From contig OZ199838.1 of NCBI GenBank assembly GCA_964304625.1, forward strand, positions 4,365,354-4,429,353: DNA of 64,000 nt, written 5' to 3'. A program made the translations under genes and the position numbers. The DNA is from Kudoa neothunni. Lineage: Eukaryota; Animalia; Cnidaria. This document shows positions 38,401 to 51,550 of the stretch, one piece after another. The notes beneath the pieces are model-generated. The model was not told the origin of the DNA and did not search any database. It saw nothing but the letters and a program-made list of their open reading frames with translations. How positions within the stretch are numbered: position 1 is the first letter of the stretch; each line of letters opens with the position of its first letter.

Positions 38401-41400
38401 GAAAGTTTGTATTCGTTAATGAGTGAGTTGATCGAAGGTATTTCACCGTAATCTTTCACATTGAGATAGGCGGATAAAAATCGACCATATTGAATCAGTG
38501 TGTGATGGCATTGGTCGTACAGATTACCAAGCATTTTCAGATGTAGTTCCGATGTTTTCTCACCAAAAATAATGATAGATTGTTGTTGAGCAATCAATAT
38601 ATACAATGGAACGGCCAAGTTGTTGGTGACAAGAGCATTTTTTAGACGGATAGCTGACTTTTTGTTGGATTTATAATTCGCACCAACACCATACTCATCT
38701 TTGAGCAGCTCCGATCCAGCTATCGCGTCCAACTGTGATGCGTTCATATTTTCAATCATGTCGTAACCGGACACTTTACTCAGTAATTCCTTCAATATAA
38801 TCAAATCCAACGAATTGCCATCTTTGAGCTGGTTTGAGATGTATTGCAACATAATAGGAAGTTCCACTTGATATTTTCTCATAACAATCCCCGAAAATAG
38901 AGCCAAATTGTGTTTCTCTTCAGATATTGATGTTTCATTGTCGAGAGCGGCGGCAGCGCTCAATTTTCTAGAGTTTTTGAGTGTGGAACTGGTTTTCACT
39001 AATGCTTCCAACAAACAACACATCAACACATCAAACTCCATATCGGTCAAATATTTCAACGATTCACACAACGGCTGTATAAAGTTGTTGAATTTTTGCA
39101 GCTGTTGCAACATGTCATCGAAAACCAACATTGGATTGTTGTGGCACAATTTGCCAATTTGACGACCACATATTCGAATATTGTCTTTGGTTATTCGTTT
39201 CATAATGTATTTGTTGACTTTGAGAGTGAGGCTTTTTACACATTCCATGCTAGGCGATTTGTCGTAGGATACATTTTTCCAATAGCCATACATACGAAAG
39301 CGTGTTTGATATGGGAACAACTTGATCAAATTCCACATCTCATTCACCAAAAATGGATTTGGTGTGCTGTAGGACAGTGCTGGCAAAAACACTTGACATA
39401 TACACATGTGCACCATCGAATGCACCCCAGATGATGGATCAGTCTCTTTTCGAATCATTTCAGCCGACACACGTAACAATTTCACCATCAATCTCACATT
39501 TTTTCGGAAATTAAATGCTACTATATTCATCAGTTCGTAAAACATAGGTTGTTTCAATACGCTGAAATCAACACCAGTCGACGACAACGACACATGGTCA
39601 CTCTCTACCTCATCAACACTCACAATTGCAGAACGACCAGCTGATGTCGTAGCAATCACACGTTTATCCATTATTTTCTGGTATAATGGCTCGATCCATT
39701 CGAATATTACCTCAAAAATCGATGAACATATCGCCTCACTTGTGCCCAGGATCGACGGAGGAAAAATACACATAAACTTTTTCAAATTCACCCAATCATG
39801 GTTCCCAATAAATATTACACCCAAATCGAATTTTTTAATATAAGGCAAAAGCGACTTTCTATATACATCACTCATTGAGAGCCGGTTTTTTGTTGGTGTT
39901 TCATCGAAAAAATTGATTTTCGACAACTTCGAATTCAAATCATACACCACGGTTTGTTGTCGCTCATACATACTCATAATTGCACTATCTGATGGAGGAA
40001 TATAATCGAATAGCTCTCCCATAAAATCACAATAAACATAGTTTTCATGTGATAGATTCTTATACGAGGTAGTTTCATCGTCGGACCCCTCATTCATTTC
40101 TATTTCGTCTGTAGTTTGTGCGAGGGCCGATTGTGCACGCTCCTCCGCCACAAAATACCACACTCCAAGCTCTTTCAAAGCAGTTTGAACGGCGGGATTA
40201 TTCATTTTGGCATTCAACAAACCTACTATCTCATATATTGTAGCAACTTTTGAGTCAACTGTTTGAAGTTGCATTGCCAACAAACTTTTAACATTATTTA
40301 CTCGACAATGAATCAGTATAAAATAGATTATGGTATTCAACAGAAATATGTTATGTCGTTTTAAACCATCGTAGCCCTCATAGCATTCTATTAGAAATCC
40401 TAAAACTCGATTTGGATCCAAATTGTAATATCCTATTGCTGTTATAATAATGTCGTTGATAAAAACCTTGAAACGATCAAATTGGTCTATTTCGAATTTT
40501 CTATCTACAAAAACATCCTCGTCGCAGTTGTTATTGATATCATTTGTTGTGAAATCAACACTATGTGAAGTATCAACTAGCTCCAGCATAAGCTTCGAAT
40601 ATCCCTCACATTCTTCTCGCAACAAATTGTATTTTATCGACTTGAAACTATAACAACGAATATATTTATTCATTCATCATAGTTAAAATAAAGGTAAAAA
40701 TTATACTAGAGCTTCGTCTTCAATTTGACCAACAAATTCGATTGCATATTTGCATTGGTTAACAATCCAATCTGTTCCGATGACAGTATATCGATTTTCT
40801 CTCTCAGTTCCTTTTTATCAAAAACTCCCTACCAAAAATTCCAGTTTCAATGTCAGTAAATTCAATATAAGCACGTACTTGATCTAATCCAAACGCTATT
40901 ATTCGATGCAGTATCTTCTTGGATTTGGCTTGGTTTTCGTATCCAGAATTGACCACCTGATCAAACATTGAGATCAAATCCAACAACATCTTGGCTAATA
41001 TTTTATTTTTTTTCTGATTTCCCACTAATGGCGCCAATATCTTCCAAAATAGGTTCACAGTAAGTGATTCGTCAAAACAGTGAAAGATTAAATCAAATAT
41101 CAACGAATACACATAATCTATAGTTTAAATAAATATAGATGTTATAATAAAAATATTATTATATTTATTGTGAGTAACAATAGGCAATTTGAATAATACC
41201 GTATTTTGGGTCTTCGGCATTGTTTTCGGTCAGTTCATCTGGGAAATTCCCAATAATACAACTTTGTCTTAATTAAATATAATGTAAATTACTATACAGA
41301 TCAATGAAAATACGTTTCGGACAACTCATTCGAGAGCTGGATGATGTTCGATGATTGCGCTTCGCCCATATTAATACGCGCATGCCCCTTATAACTAGAT

Positions 41401-41429
41401 TCTGTATCTGTCGACGTTTTCCTACCCAT
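32439..41429 (-). CDS. THOC2: THO complex subunit 2 (THOC2), multi-exon
   Basis: KLKTKLY|FKSIKYNLLREECEGYSKL, IGYYNLDPNRVL, FLPALS..NPFLVNEMWNLIKLFPYQTRFRMYGYWK, KYIMKRITKDN..GRQIGKLCHNNP, SLKYLTDMEFDVL, LYDQCHHTLIQYGRFL, FWLLDLYDICFP, FYQLCIYPRCVFSISDAVFTAHF, HFSTIHILDKIF, YEQYRLVVFKWH, SGEYYQIRNTILLLTKI, RPDLYALALSYTGIL. Putative start 41429; one ~2.7-kb exon; ~3.7-kb intron at ~34272-37956; S/N/Q-rich tail. Confidence 0.95.
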
Positions 41430-42378
41430 TCTAATCATTTATTATAATGAACAGTTGTGACACTAACTTGGATTATTTTTGTTGAAATTAAATGAATTAT
41501 GTCTAATTTAATTCTCATATAAGATGAAAATTTTTATTTATCGATTTACACCAATTTTTAATTTACTTAACACGTAATTTAGTAAATTTATAATGTTTTA
41601 TAGGACTTTTAATATTTACTCATTCGTGTACTTTTTTCTTTCATTTATCTCATAACAATCAAGTTGAAAAAAGGTACGATTTTATTGTTCCTTATTTAAT
41701 AAAAGTATATTTTATTGGCTTATAAAACAAAATAAACCAAAATATGAAATATCTATCTTATAATAGTGATAAGAGAGAAGATAATAAGTCATATAATTTA
41801 TTAATTATTTGATGGTTAATAGGTACCTCAAACCCTCCTAAGAAATCTTTTTCATGCGAACGTACCATACAATTAAAACACCTATTGGTACTTACAATAA
41901 GGTCTCGATATTGCGCAACATTAACCCTCGAACACATGAGGAAAAACGTTACACGAATACCCGGAGATGGTCAGTGTGACCACATGCAATAATATATTAA
42001 AATAATGAAAATCGTTGCACACGAGGTTAAGAACATAATTATTTACGTTATTTTTTACATTTTATATATAATAAATTTAATAATAAATCAAGGATGAATT
42101 TTTGTGACGTTTATTTGTGCAAGTACGAAGAATAGGAATAATTAAGCCTGTATATAATTTGAATAACGTTAAGAACTAGAAGTGAACTGTTTTATTATTG
42201 CTTCATTTTTCACATTTCCTTCTTATTATTATTATTAGAACAGCTAAGGTTTTGTTTTATTCTCAAAATCCATGGTCATATAAAATCTCTTACCCTGCTG
42301 ATAGAAACATGTTCAATATATAAATTCGTACTTTATAAATTGAAATTTGGCATTATAAATTAATTTATGAATATAGAC

Positions 42379-45296
42379 CAATGGTGCACAAAATTTTGAA
42401 GCCTCGGGTCAAATTTTAATCTTCGAAAACATTCAGGGTCAGAAAATTTAAAACTAAAGTTATAACTCACAGTTTGGTTAAATTTACTAATGTCAAAACG
42501 CCATATTCAAAATAATTCATAATTAATAAGTTTACTAAATGTTTTAAATTGAATAACGAATGGTATAGCAAATAAATAATTTTCGTCCCCTGTCGAAAAA
42601 AACAATATTTTTCTATCCAGGCGTCATTAAATTTTCTAGTTTCGTCATCAACTTTTGTTGTTTGAAGTTCAATCATTTTAGCTCAGCAATACAGTCGAGA
42701 TTTGATATCGCGTAATTTCAAAATTTCAACATATTCTCTTTAGAAAGAAATTTAGTTTTTTTTACAGTTATTATTTTACCATTTTTTAAACATTTTTAAC
42801 ATAAAAAATAAAAAAAATTCATTTATATATAAAGTTTCGTTATTGCGTCGTTTTAATGGTCTATCTATTTAAAAATAAGAGTGTTATCTTTATTATGCCC
42901 CGTTAAAAACGTAATAATTAAGAGAAAAAAGAAATTATTGATTATTATAATTAGATAAAAATGTTGAAAGTTGTCGAGGGGGATGACAATTTCTAAGTTT
43001 AGATTGAATGATATGGTGATCTATGTTGAATATTAATGCATTGTCACGTTTAAGGTTATTTAAAAATTGATAGAATTCGTTCACGCGAAGATAAATTCAA
43101 AAATACGGATATTAAAACTAAAAGGAGGAAACACTTTTCAGGCAAATTAAAAATATAGATGGTGAGTTGTATGATTGGTTCGGTAAAAAATGGTCCAATG
43201 ATAATGTTCTTCAGAGACAAGTTATTGTCGAAATTGCTTTATATATTGCAACAAAACAAGAAATTTCCAATTTAAAGTCTAGTTAAGGGTGGTTTCCAGA
43301 GTCTACGTCAAGACATGGGATAACTTTCAAAATGTTTCATGGCGAGGTTGCGAATAAAGATATTTCATCTCTCGACCCATGGACTGTTGGAAACATTAAT
43401 TTGGTTTAAGACATATAATCCTAACAACGTTATAAACACTGATGAAACTGCCATTCTTTTATGAGCAGTTACAAAACATTAGTTATGTTTTAAAGGATAA
43501 AGTCGGAATATAAGGGCAAAATATCAAAAAAAACATTAATGGTTTGACGTCACTCTTCTTTAAATATGGATAAACTCACATCAGTTTTAATTGATAAATT
43601 TCAAAATCCTTGGTGTTTTGACTAATTTAAACATCTTCCGCGTGAATATTATTCAAGAAAAACACATGGATAATGTATAATATATTTATGAAGATAATGA
43701 GACAGTTGAACAAAATAATGATAGATGAGAGCAGAAAGGTTTTAATTTTGTTGTCTCAATATCCTGTTCATCCCAAAAATACATCTAAAATTTTACAATC
43801 TTAATTTATGCATCATTAAATGCATTAAATAGGTACAGGAGTACAGTAACCAAGCAAATGGTTTTATGTGAAGATTCTACCATCGAGAATTATACATTAC
43901 TAAACTCAATCTTGTCATTAACTATATTCTGGAGAGCGTTACGCTAGAAATTATTATTAATTGTTTGGATAATTGAAAATATTTGATGGTAGTAAATAAA
44001 ACTGCAATAATAAAGTTATCAGCAGTTTGTAGAACAAGAAGATTTAATAAAGGTATCCCAAATCAGAAACAGTTCTCAAAATAAAATTTTATTTATATCA
44101 AATTAATTTAATTTAAATGAAGTTGCAGATTGCGAATAGATTTTTGGCGATAATAATACTACAACATGTGGGGATCAAAATTATGCGGACTTTTTGTCTA
44201 CAAATTGTTAATCTGATGTTATAGAACCAATTATTAAAGAAGTCAAAATTTTAATCAAAAAAAAATATATTGACATTTTAAATAAAGTTTTAATTCAAGA
44301 AGATCTATTTGGATTGTTTGATTTATATCCCATAAAGGATAGAATTTAAAAAATATCAATAGAAAGGTTTCGACACACAAAAATTACAAGATTTTTTGAC
44401 AAAATTTAACATCTCCATAATTTAACTCAATTTTTTTGTGTTTTAGCAAGTATTGTTTGTAGGAATAATTATCAACCGTATGCACAAGAAAATCGTATTT
44501 TACAGTGGGACGAGCACTTAAAAAACTGGAAATTGCGTAAAAACTTTTTATTTCAAGGGTTTTGGGGCCAGCAAAAAAACGCTTAACACCCAATCTCGAC
44601 TGAAGAATATATGTAACCTAAATTAAAGATGAGGTATACTTTGGTTGAGAAATATAGTTGTGCAGACACATGTGAAGTGCAGCATAAATTTCCCGTTAGT
44701 ATGTGCTCATTATCAGTTCTAACAGATGTTTATCTTTTTGTCAAAGTTTGTTTTACGTTCTATTTATTCTTCTTATAGAAACTTTGATTTTTACGCACAA
44801 TATAAATACCTTATTAATTCGCATCGTTTATAAAACGTACTTTAATTATTAATCTTATTTTAACTGAAAACTTCAGGTCAGCATTTTCAAATGAATTTTT
44901 AAATCATGAATCCACCCAGTACCTGTATGATTTTCTTCTCCTGTATACACATTTAAAGTGAAATAATTAATATTGTTACACGAACTTCGATCAAAAGAAA
45001 CGTTTTTTTCTATATAATGCAGTGAAATGGTTCATAGCAATAATCTTTTGGTCTATTTGGAGATATTTTTATGTTACGTTCCTAATGGTTCGCATATAAT
45101 AAAAAACTCGAATAAATTTTTTTAATAACTTCATTAGGCGTTCTCGATATATTCAATAAATAGATAAACCAATTGAAGTTAAATAATCTAATTGTTTTTT
45201 TCATTTAATTTAAAAGCATATCATTAATCTGAACTTAATTAGGGTTCATCGTGGGCCATAAAAAAGTCACTGAGGGCCGGAGTTTGTACACCCCTG
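42379..45296 (-). mobile_element. Internally deleted Buster/SPIN-type hAT element, interrupted by a pogo/Tigger element
   Basis: Ends CAATGGTGCACAAA (42379) and reverse-complement CAGGGGTGTACAAA (45296) match at 11/14. Flanks ATATAGAC and CTATATAG both have a central TA. ORF 42467-42676 KVDDETRKFNDAWIEKYCFFRQGTK resembles the SPIN/GTF2IRD2-type transposase N-terminus. Confidence 0.65.
42692..44602 (+). mobile_element. pogo/Tigger-family DNA transposon with decayed transposase
   Basis: 11-bp inverted ends CAGTCGAGATT, with TA immediately left. Internal IDGELYDWF...LKSS*GWF..RHGITFKMFHGE (CENP-B-type HTH), YNPNNVINTDETAI (first catalytic D motif) and IDKFQNPWCF. Many stops. Confidence 0.85.
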
Positions 45297-45866
45297 CTAT
45301 ATAGTTTTTATTCTAATTAATTTAATTCTTCGATATACATTCTTATTATTCGTTCTTCTTCAATTATATAATGAGTTTTTTAAAATATAAAAACTCAATT
45401 AATCAGGAGTATTCATATAATTGAATTATTACGAAACTATTTGAATAGATTATTATACGCAATGAATATATATTGTACAAATAATTATCACAAATATATT
45501 GTTATCATGAAATGTTGAAAAGATTTTTTTTACAAAAATGAATGTCGAAAGTACTACTTAACTGTTGTATGAGAATATTTTGAATAGTATAAATGGACTA
45601 TAGATAATAAGTATCGTTGTCTCCCGATAAAGAATCAATCAATGGATTGTAGTGACTCCAGTCGTGTGTTCGCCATTAAATGCATGTATGGAATAAATAA
45701 AAGAGTTTTATTAGTTCTAAAATATCTGGACAAAATAGTAAAATGAAACTATGAAATCGGTACAAAATCAATTAAATATGAATATAATGCCATTGTATAC
45801 ATTCTGATAGTATTAACTATAAATTCAATTTAGCTCAAAATTTATTCGATAGCTCACGACTTTAAA

Positions 45867-47744
45867 ATGATTGCAACCTTGCCGTTATTGTTACTATCAG
45901 GTACATTACGTGATAATTTGGGATATATTCAATATAAAATTTTGTAGTAACATGCATTACATCAAATGTCCCCCGATTTCTTGATTCAACATTTAAGACT
46001 AACCATGGTCTTACACTAAACGATAACAATGATATTCAACAAATGCATGATTTCAAATGCGTTAAGAACATAAACGCCCCATTTAGCAAATATGATTTAA
46101 CTAGCTATGAAATCAATAAAGAGGAATATCGTTATTGTAATACTGAGAATTTATTGGATGAAACAAGGAAAAAGATGACCAAAATCGATGCTGTATATCC
46201 AAGAGGTGTTAGTCAATTCAATACGATAGAGACAACATTTTCAATTTCTGAAAAATTCAAAATTCGTTACTGAAAAATTTCCAGCTCTCAAAGGTGTACT
46301 GAATGAGTAATTATAACCAATTCGAGCAATTAACACACGACGTTTCCATTTCCAAAAATTCCTTTAGAACGTTAAGAAATGAAAATAGAGATTTAGAGTT
46401 GAAATTAAGCAACTTGAGACAACAGCATAAAACCTGTAGAAACAGATCAACGTCATCTTGAAAAAATATTTTCTTCCATCAGGTCCTCTAAGGAAGTGTG
46501 TAGCGGGAATCCACAAAATAACATAAACGTCTATAAAAATATTGTGAGCAATTATAACTTAAAAGAAGATTTAGATCATGTCTATCAGTCTTTGATTAGT
46601 ACTATAAAAATGATAAAAATTACATGTGAAAAAGCTAAAAATGTTCCCACGTTTAACCCTATTATTTCGTACAACATTAGGAAAATATGATTCAATCATC
46701 CAACACCTTAACGGCGTTCGCAGTACCATAGAAGCAGAAATCAGTAGTTTGGCACTAGAAAGACAAAAATATTCAATTTTAAATGAAGATATGCAGATTC
46801 CATTATCGAATATGGAAGAAAGTTTTAATCGAATGAAAACACGATTAGAATCTGTTGATCATTTCCACGTTTGGATGGAAAAAGAAAATAAAATAATCGA
46901 ACAGTTGATCAGCAAAATATCTCTACAACTTCCAAAATTAGCCACAGAAAGCCAAGATTTGCTTCAAATAACCATCACATCAATAAGAAGACATATGGAA
47001 AGACAAGGAGATATGGAAAAGAGTACGAAAAACTTTGATAAATCGGTGACACAGATTCAAACCTTGCTTCGCGACATTTCATCAAATCATGCCGCAATGC
47101 TTCAAAGGACGAAAGTTGACAAGAAAAACATAGAATTGACCATTGAAGTACTTGAAGTTATTAAAGACATGAAAGTCAAGCTCACTTATGATAATACATA
47201 TCACAGTTTGTTAAAATTATCAGAATATTTGAAATCTCCATGGAGTTATTCATTAGATAGAGAATCTTCATCTATCTCCGAGCATCTGGAAAAAATCCAA
47301 AAATTGAAGGGCCAACTTAACTTACTCTCGAGCCACATCCAAAGTCATCATGTCGACGTCCACTTATATTCACACAATTTGAATCATCATGTGAAAAAAT
47401 TGGAGAACCAATTCAACTCCCATAAAGATATAACAATACCTGAAATAGACATCATAGAGAGTATGCCTGAAATAGAAGATACTTTGGACGAAATAATTGG
47501 TCCAAATGATATAATATTCCAAGAGGTTACAACAAAAAAGGTCACTAGACAAGATCAAACTTCTTCCACCCCAACAGTATTAGCTAGTGATGGTACGGGT
47601 CGAACCATTTGGGCTTTGCTGTGTAGTTTGGTTGTTGTGTTAGCATTAGTATTGATGGTTGTTTTGGGATTTGTTTATCAAAAAACAAGAAACCAACCTG
47701 GAGCATTTGAAGACATAAAAACGATTTTGATGATATATAATTAA
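45867..47744 (+). CDS. Uncharacterised type I membrane protein (signal peptide, coiled-coil ectodomain, C-terminal TM); several frameshifts
   Basis: MIATLPLLLLS|VTCITS.. across intron 45901-45947 joins ORF 46043. Heptad-like L/I/E/K/Q-rich ORF 46626-47744, a T/S-rich stalk, hydrophobic TIWALLCSLVVVLALVLMVVLGFVY and a ~20-aa tail. AATAA-like 3' region. Confidence 0.7.
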
Positions 47745-48596
47745 CGTTTCATCGAAATTGAGTTAGTATCAGTTTATTATATTATTTTGCTACTTTGAAT
47801 GTGTTTTTCTTGCGTGAAATAATTACGATTAATAATATTCAATATTTTCATTTTTTAATTAAATTTCGTATTATCAGCTAACTAATTGTTGTAAAAAATT
47901 GCATTTCTATTATTACTTATACTTTCGAGCATAAATTTAATGTTATTGCTATTGCATGTTTCCTTACACTTTTTTTAATGTAAGGAAGTGGGTCAATGTA
48001 TTCAACGGCTGTCAAATTAATTGACAGAATAGTGAGCTTAAGAAATTTTGGATGGTTCATTTTATCGTTAGTAACGTAATTACTTAGGCGAAAAACTTTA
48101 AATAACTTATCAATACAGCCGTGAAGCTAATACAATTGTAAAAAGTCGGTGTAACTAATTTAGGGAGCATTGCTAAAGATGATACATGTTGGGAGGATTA
48201 AAAAATTGAATTGGAAGCGATTAAGATTAGTTTTTAAATAAATTTTTTATTACTTGTGAACTTAAAATAAATTATTCTTCTTGATATATAAGGTTTTCTC
48301 ATTTATCTTTTATTGAGGTTAAAATATAGCTTGACTTAACAAAATTCCACGGATTATTATAATTTACTCTAGGATGTGACTATTGGAATGGTTCATAATA
48401 TCTAGGTTAGTGTAGTTTCGATTATATCTAATTGTTACTTACTGTTAATAGAATACCGGTGTACTAAAAAATAATTATATAGGATTGATACTTAAATAAT
48501 TGGGACGTTGTCTCTATCTCAGGCTATAATTTTCTCTAATTTAGTTTTCTTAAAATTTTTAATCCATTCTGAAAACTTAATATTTTAATTAGTTTT

Positions 48597-49096
48597 TGTT
48601 TTTTTACAAGATCGAACCCCTGGCGCAACTTGTTAGGTTGTGAAGTTCGAGCTTGTTAGGCCTTCTAATATTACGCTGTAGGCATCGCAGCGTCATCCTA
48701 AGGCGACTTACGTTTATGCGGTAGGTAGTGTAGGGTTTTAACGCATTAAACATCCTCGTTTCGGAACAACCACCACCCCAACCATACCCTGGACTAACTC
48801 AGAATTAGTCTTGGAAAATCGTCTGAATGCGGGCGTTGGCTCTACAGAAACTTTCTACCCCTACTGGGTTGTATTTCGTTCTTATACCTCGGCGTTTATG
48901 AGCGGCCGAAATCTACTCTTCCGCCAGGGCTCCCCACCCAGTTGCAAGAAAGGCCACAATAAATCGTAGATCAACGCGATTACTACAGCCTTCCTACTTA
49001 ATTTCGAATTAGGAGTACAAGAACATCCGGACTATGCTTCGAATCGCAACCTCAAGATATGCTATCTCGACCTAACACCACTATGCCATATTGTCC
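48597..49096 (-). mobile_element. Putative tRNA-derived SINE
   Basis: Minus strand starts GGACAATA-TGGCATAGTGG (A-box-like)...GGTTGCGATTCGAAGC (B-box-like)...AGTCC. A ~430-nt GC-rich non-coding body follows, ending in an A-rich tail (TAAAAAAACAAAAAC). Confidence 0.55.
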
Positions 49097-49299
49097 AGTC
49101 TCTTAATATTTTAGTTAACATATTGGCCCAACGTAATCAATAATAATATTTTGGAGACTATAAGACCATGTTTTTGTATGGTAAACTCCTAAGAAAATAA
49201 TAATTGTAGCTCAAAATAAAAAACATTCCTTTTAACATTAATTCTTATCGCGCATACAATGCCGCATTATTCTGGTTTCTGAATTTGAAAATGTTGAAG

Positions 49300-49932
49300 A
49301 TTGGAACTCAGTTCAATTCCCTCGAAAGTGAAATCGATTAAGTCAATGGTTCTTAAAATTTTCTTCAATGGAACCCTTCTACCATTATTCGTAATATAAT
49401 GGTACCTCACTTAAATTGACCCTCAAGGTTTGGTGAATTGGTCTTAATGGGCTAATACTTATTACAGTTAAAAAAATATTTTATTTCGTAAAACACAATG
49501 AAATTGGGATAGCAAATACATATTATAATAAAAAAAAATTTAAACACATAGTATATTGGAACATATTCCGGGTTTTTTTGACCACTGCTTGCAGATCGTT
49601 CATTTGCACGTTCACCAATTTCTGTGTCGTCTTTAGATATGTTGTTTTACTTATACTTTTTACCCATCGATTCATGGTAGGGTTTTAAAAATAGTCCAAT
49701 TATTTGTGGAATATTTGGACTATTTGTGTTAACAGCAAAGCATCACAATCTTCCTGCAGATGCGTTGGAGCGTAGCTAACCGACAAAAACCAGCTTTCAC
49801 CACTGCTGTCAACTTTAGCTATTAGTGAAAATTCACTGACAGCATAAGATACGATATATACCTATTTCATATGTTATGATTAAAATGTTGCATTTGATTG
49901 TAGCTTTGTTGAACCCACTTTGAGAACCGCTG
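49300..49932 (-). mobile_element. Buster/Charlie hAT 5' relic
   Basis: Terminus CAGCGGTTCTCAAAGTGGG (reverse complement, ending 49932), flanked by GATTAGGT (central TA). Minus-strand MNRWVKS start, then decayed RKY-like and HxKTxHP-like pieces typical of ZBED5/Buster transposases. Confidence 0.6.
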
Positions 49933-50619
49933 GATTAGGTGATTGGGGGGGCGGTAGATATTGAACGAAGATAGGTGTTTAAAGAAAAGAGTAACATTTT
50001 TACTACTTGTTAAAAGTATCCTTTAGTTTATTTATTCCTTTGATGGAAAGTGTGGTCATATTTAATTCTTCTAATTTAATTATTTATTTATATAAAGCTA
50101 CTGAGCGCCAATTTTCGTATAACAACAACATTTAATGGTTAATGGCAACAAATAAATAATTTATTTTATTTATTTATTAAAAATGAATAATTTTCATAAG
50201 AGTTAGATTTTATTGCGAGCTATGTATCTTTTGTTGATATCAGGGTAATCAGATGCATCAAAATAAAAAATTTCCAAAATTATTCAAATATTATTAAAAA
50301 AATTAAATTGGTTGAAATTAAATCGAAACAACATTTTCTTACAATACATAAAATAGTTCTTGAGAAGTCCATTGCCTGGGATATAGCCATTTTCGCGAGA
50401 GGATTATCAGGTAACTGATATTTGGCCACTACCTTGCAAAAGTTACATAATATCGGTCAATGACGCATTTTCAATAATTATTCTTGGTCTAGAAGGGATC
50501 ACAGTAGATTCTAAAATAAACTATATAAGGTCTTTCTTAATTATGGGAACCAGTATATATAAATTATTCAATACATACTAATAACATGTATTCACGAATT
50601 ATGATTGGAAGCATTTTAT

Positions 50620-51550
50620 ATAGACAGTGGACAGATGGCACAAATGTAGCGCGATCGAATGGTAACTTTGGATGTCGCAAATTCTGGTCCAGAACGCAGT
50701 AATGTCGCTGCTTCTGCGTCACGCGTCCCTTTTTTCTTAACAGATGTTATACTTGGAGCGTACACTCACTATTGTGTGCGATACACCTGTAATTATAGTT
50801 AGGTCCAACGGAGGTGCTGGGATTAGACGTTTGAACTGTCGGTGACGTACTAGACAATAAGAATATTGCGTGCAGGCTGGCCTAGCAGAACGAGTACCGT
50901 TTAGGTTGAAGGAGGAAAGATCCGAATGAGGAGAACTTGAGGATGAGAAGACTTGCAAACTTCGGGATTTATTTAAAGAAATTGTTATATTATTCGTTCT
51001 CACTTTATTTTGAGAAGTAATTAACATTCTTAGATTAACTTTGTGCTCTGCTTGAACATGTTTATGAATTCTTTTTATCAATAATTAATAAACATTTTTC
51101 TCAAAAATAAATGTACTTTTTCAATTGATGATCCTGTTTTTATAATCCGTCTGCATCCACGATTATCATTCAATATACGTGAAAGAAGACAGCTTCTTGC
51201 TTATTTGGAAGTCGGTGAGCGAATCGAAATACATTTGGGGCACTCGGAGAAAGATCATCATAGTCGTCATTGTTATAGTATTTTATATTTTAAAATAAAT
51301 ATTTGATGAAAACTCGAATTGTTATCAGAAGCTGTTTCCTCGGAAATCCCAAATTTTTAAAATTGTTGGGGATTCGGGACCAGCTAGTCCCCAGATTTGC
51401 AAGTCTAGGGATGACGATTTGAACTAGGTTTAAATACCACTCTACCGCAGAAGGATTAAGGAGAGAAACACGCTATATTTTGTGATGTCTAAAGCATTCA
51501 CAGAGCCAGCCAGAATTCTACAACGTAATAATCTACGCCATTCTTTTGTC
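50620..51550 (-). mobile_element. piggyBac transposase C-terminal relic (host of hAT MITE)
   Basis: Minus-strand LAGSVNALD..NIACFS..EWYLNLVQIVIL (cf. MGGVDxxD..KWYxKL). A Cys/His-rich tail-like piece follows (SHTIVSVRSKYNIC..TAFWTRICD..LHLCH). Confidence 0.35.
50948..51407. mobile_element. hAT-type MITE with 8-bp TSD
   Basis: Inverted ends (A/T)AGACTTGCAAA. Flanks AGGATGAG / GGGATGAC (6/8 identical). Subterminal CGGGA/ATCCC repeats. Non-coding interior. Confidence 0.7.

Noticed and set aside
38908-39434. Plus-strand ORFs within THOC2 (likewise those antisense to CHMP5 and both ZIP genes)
   Set aside because: They are antisense shadows of well-supported coding exons.
49025-49096. Functional tRNA gene
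   Set aside because: Stems and the anticodon arm are imperfect and it continues into a long body with an A-rich tail; better treated as a SINE head.
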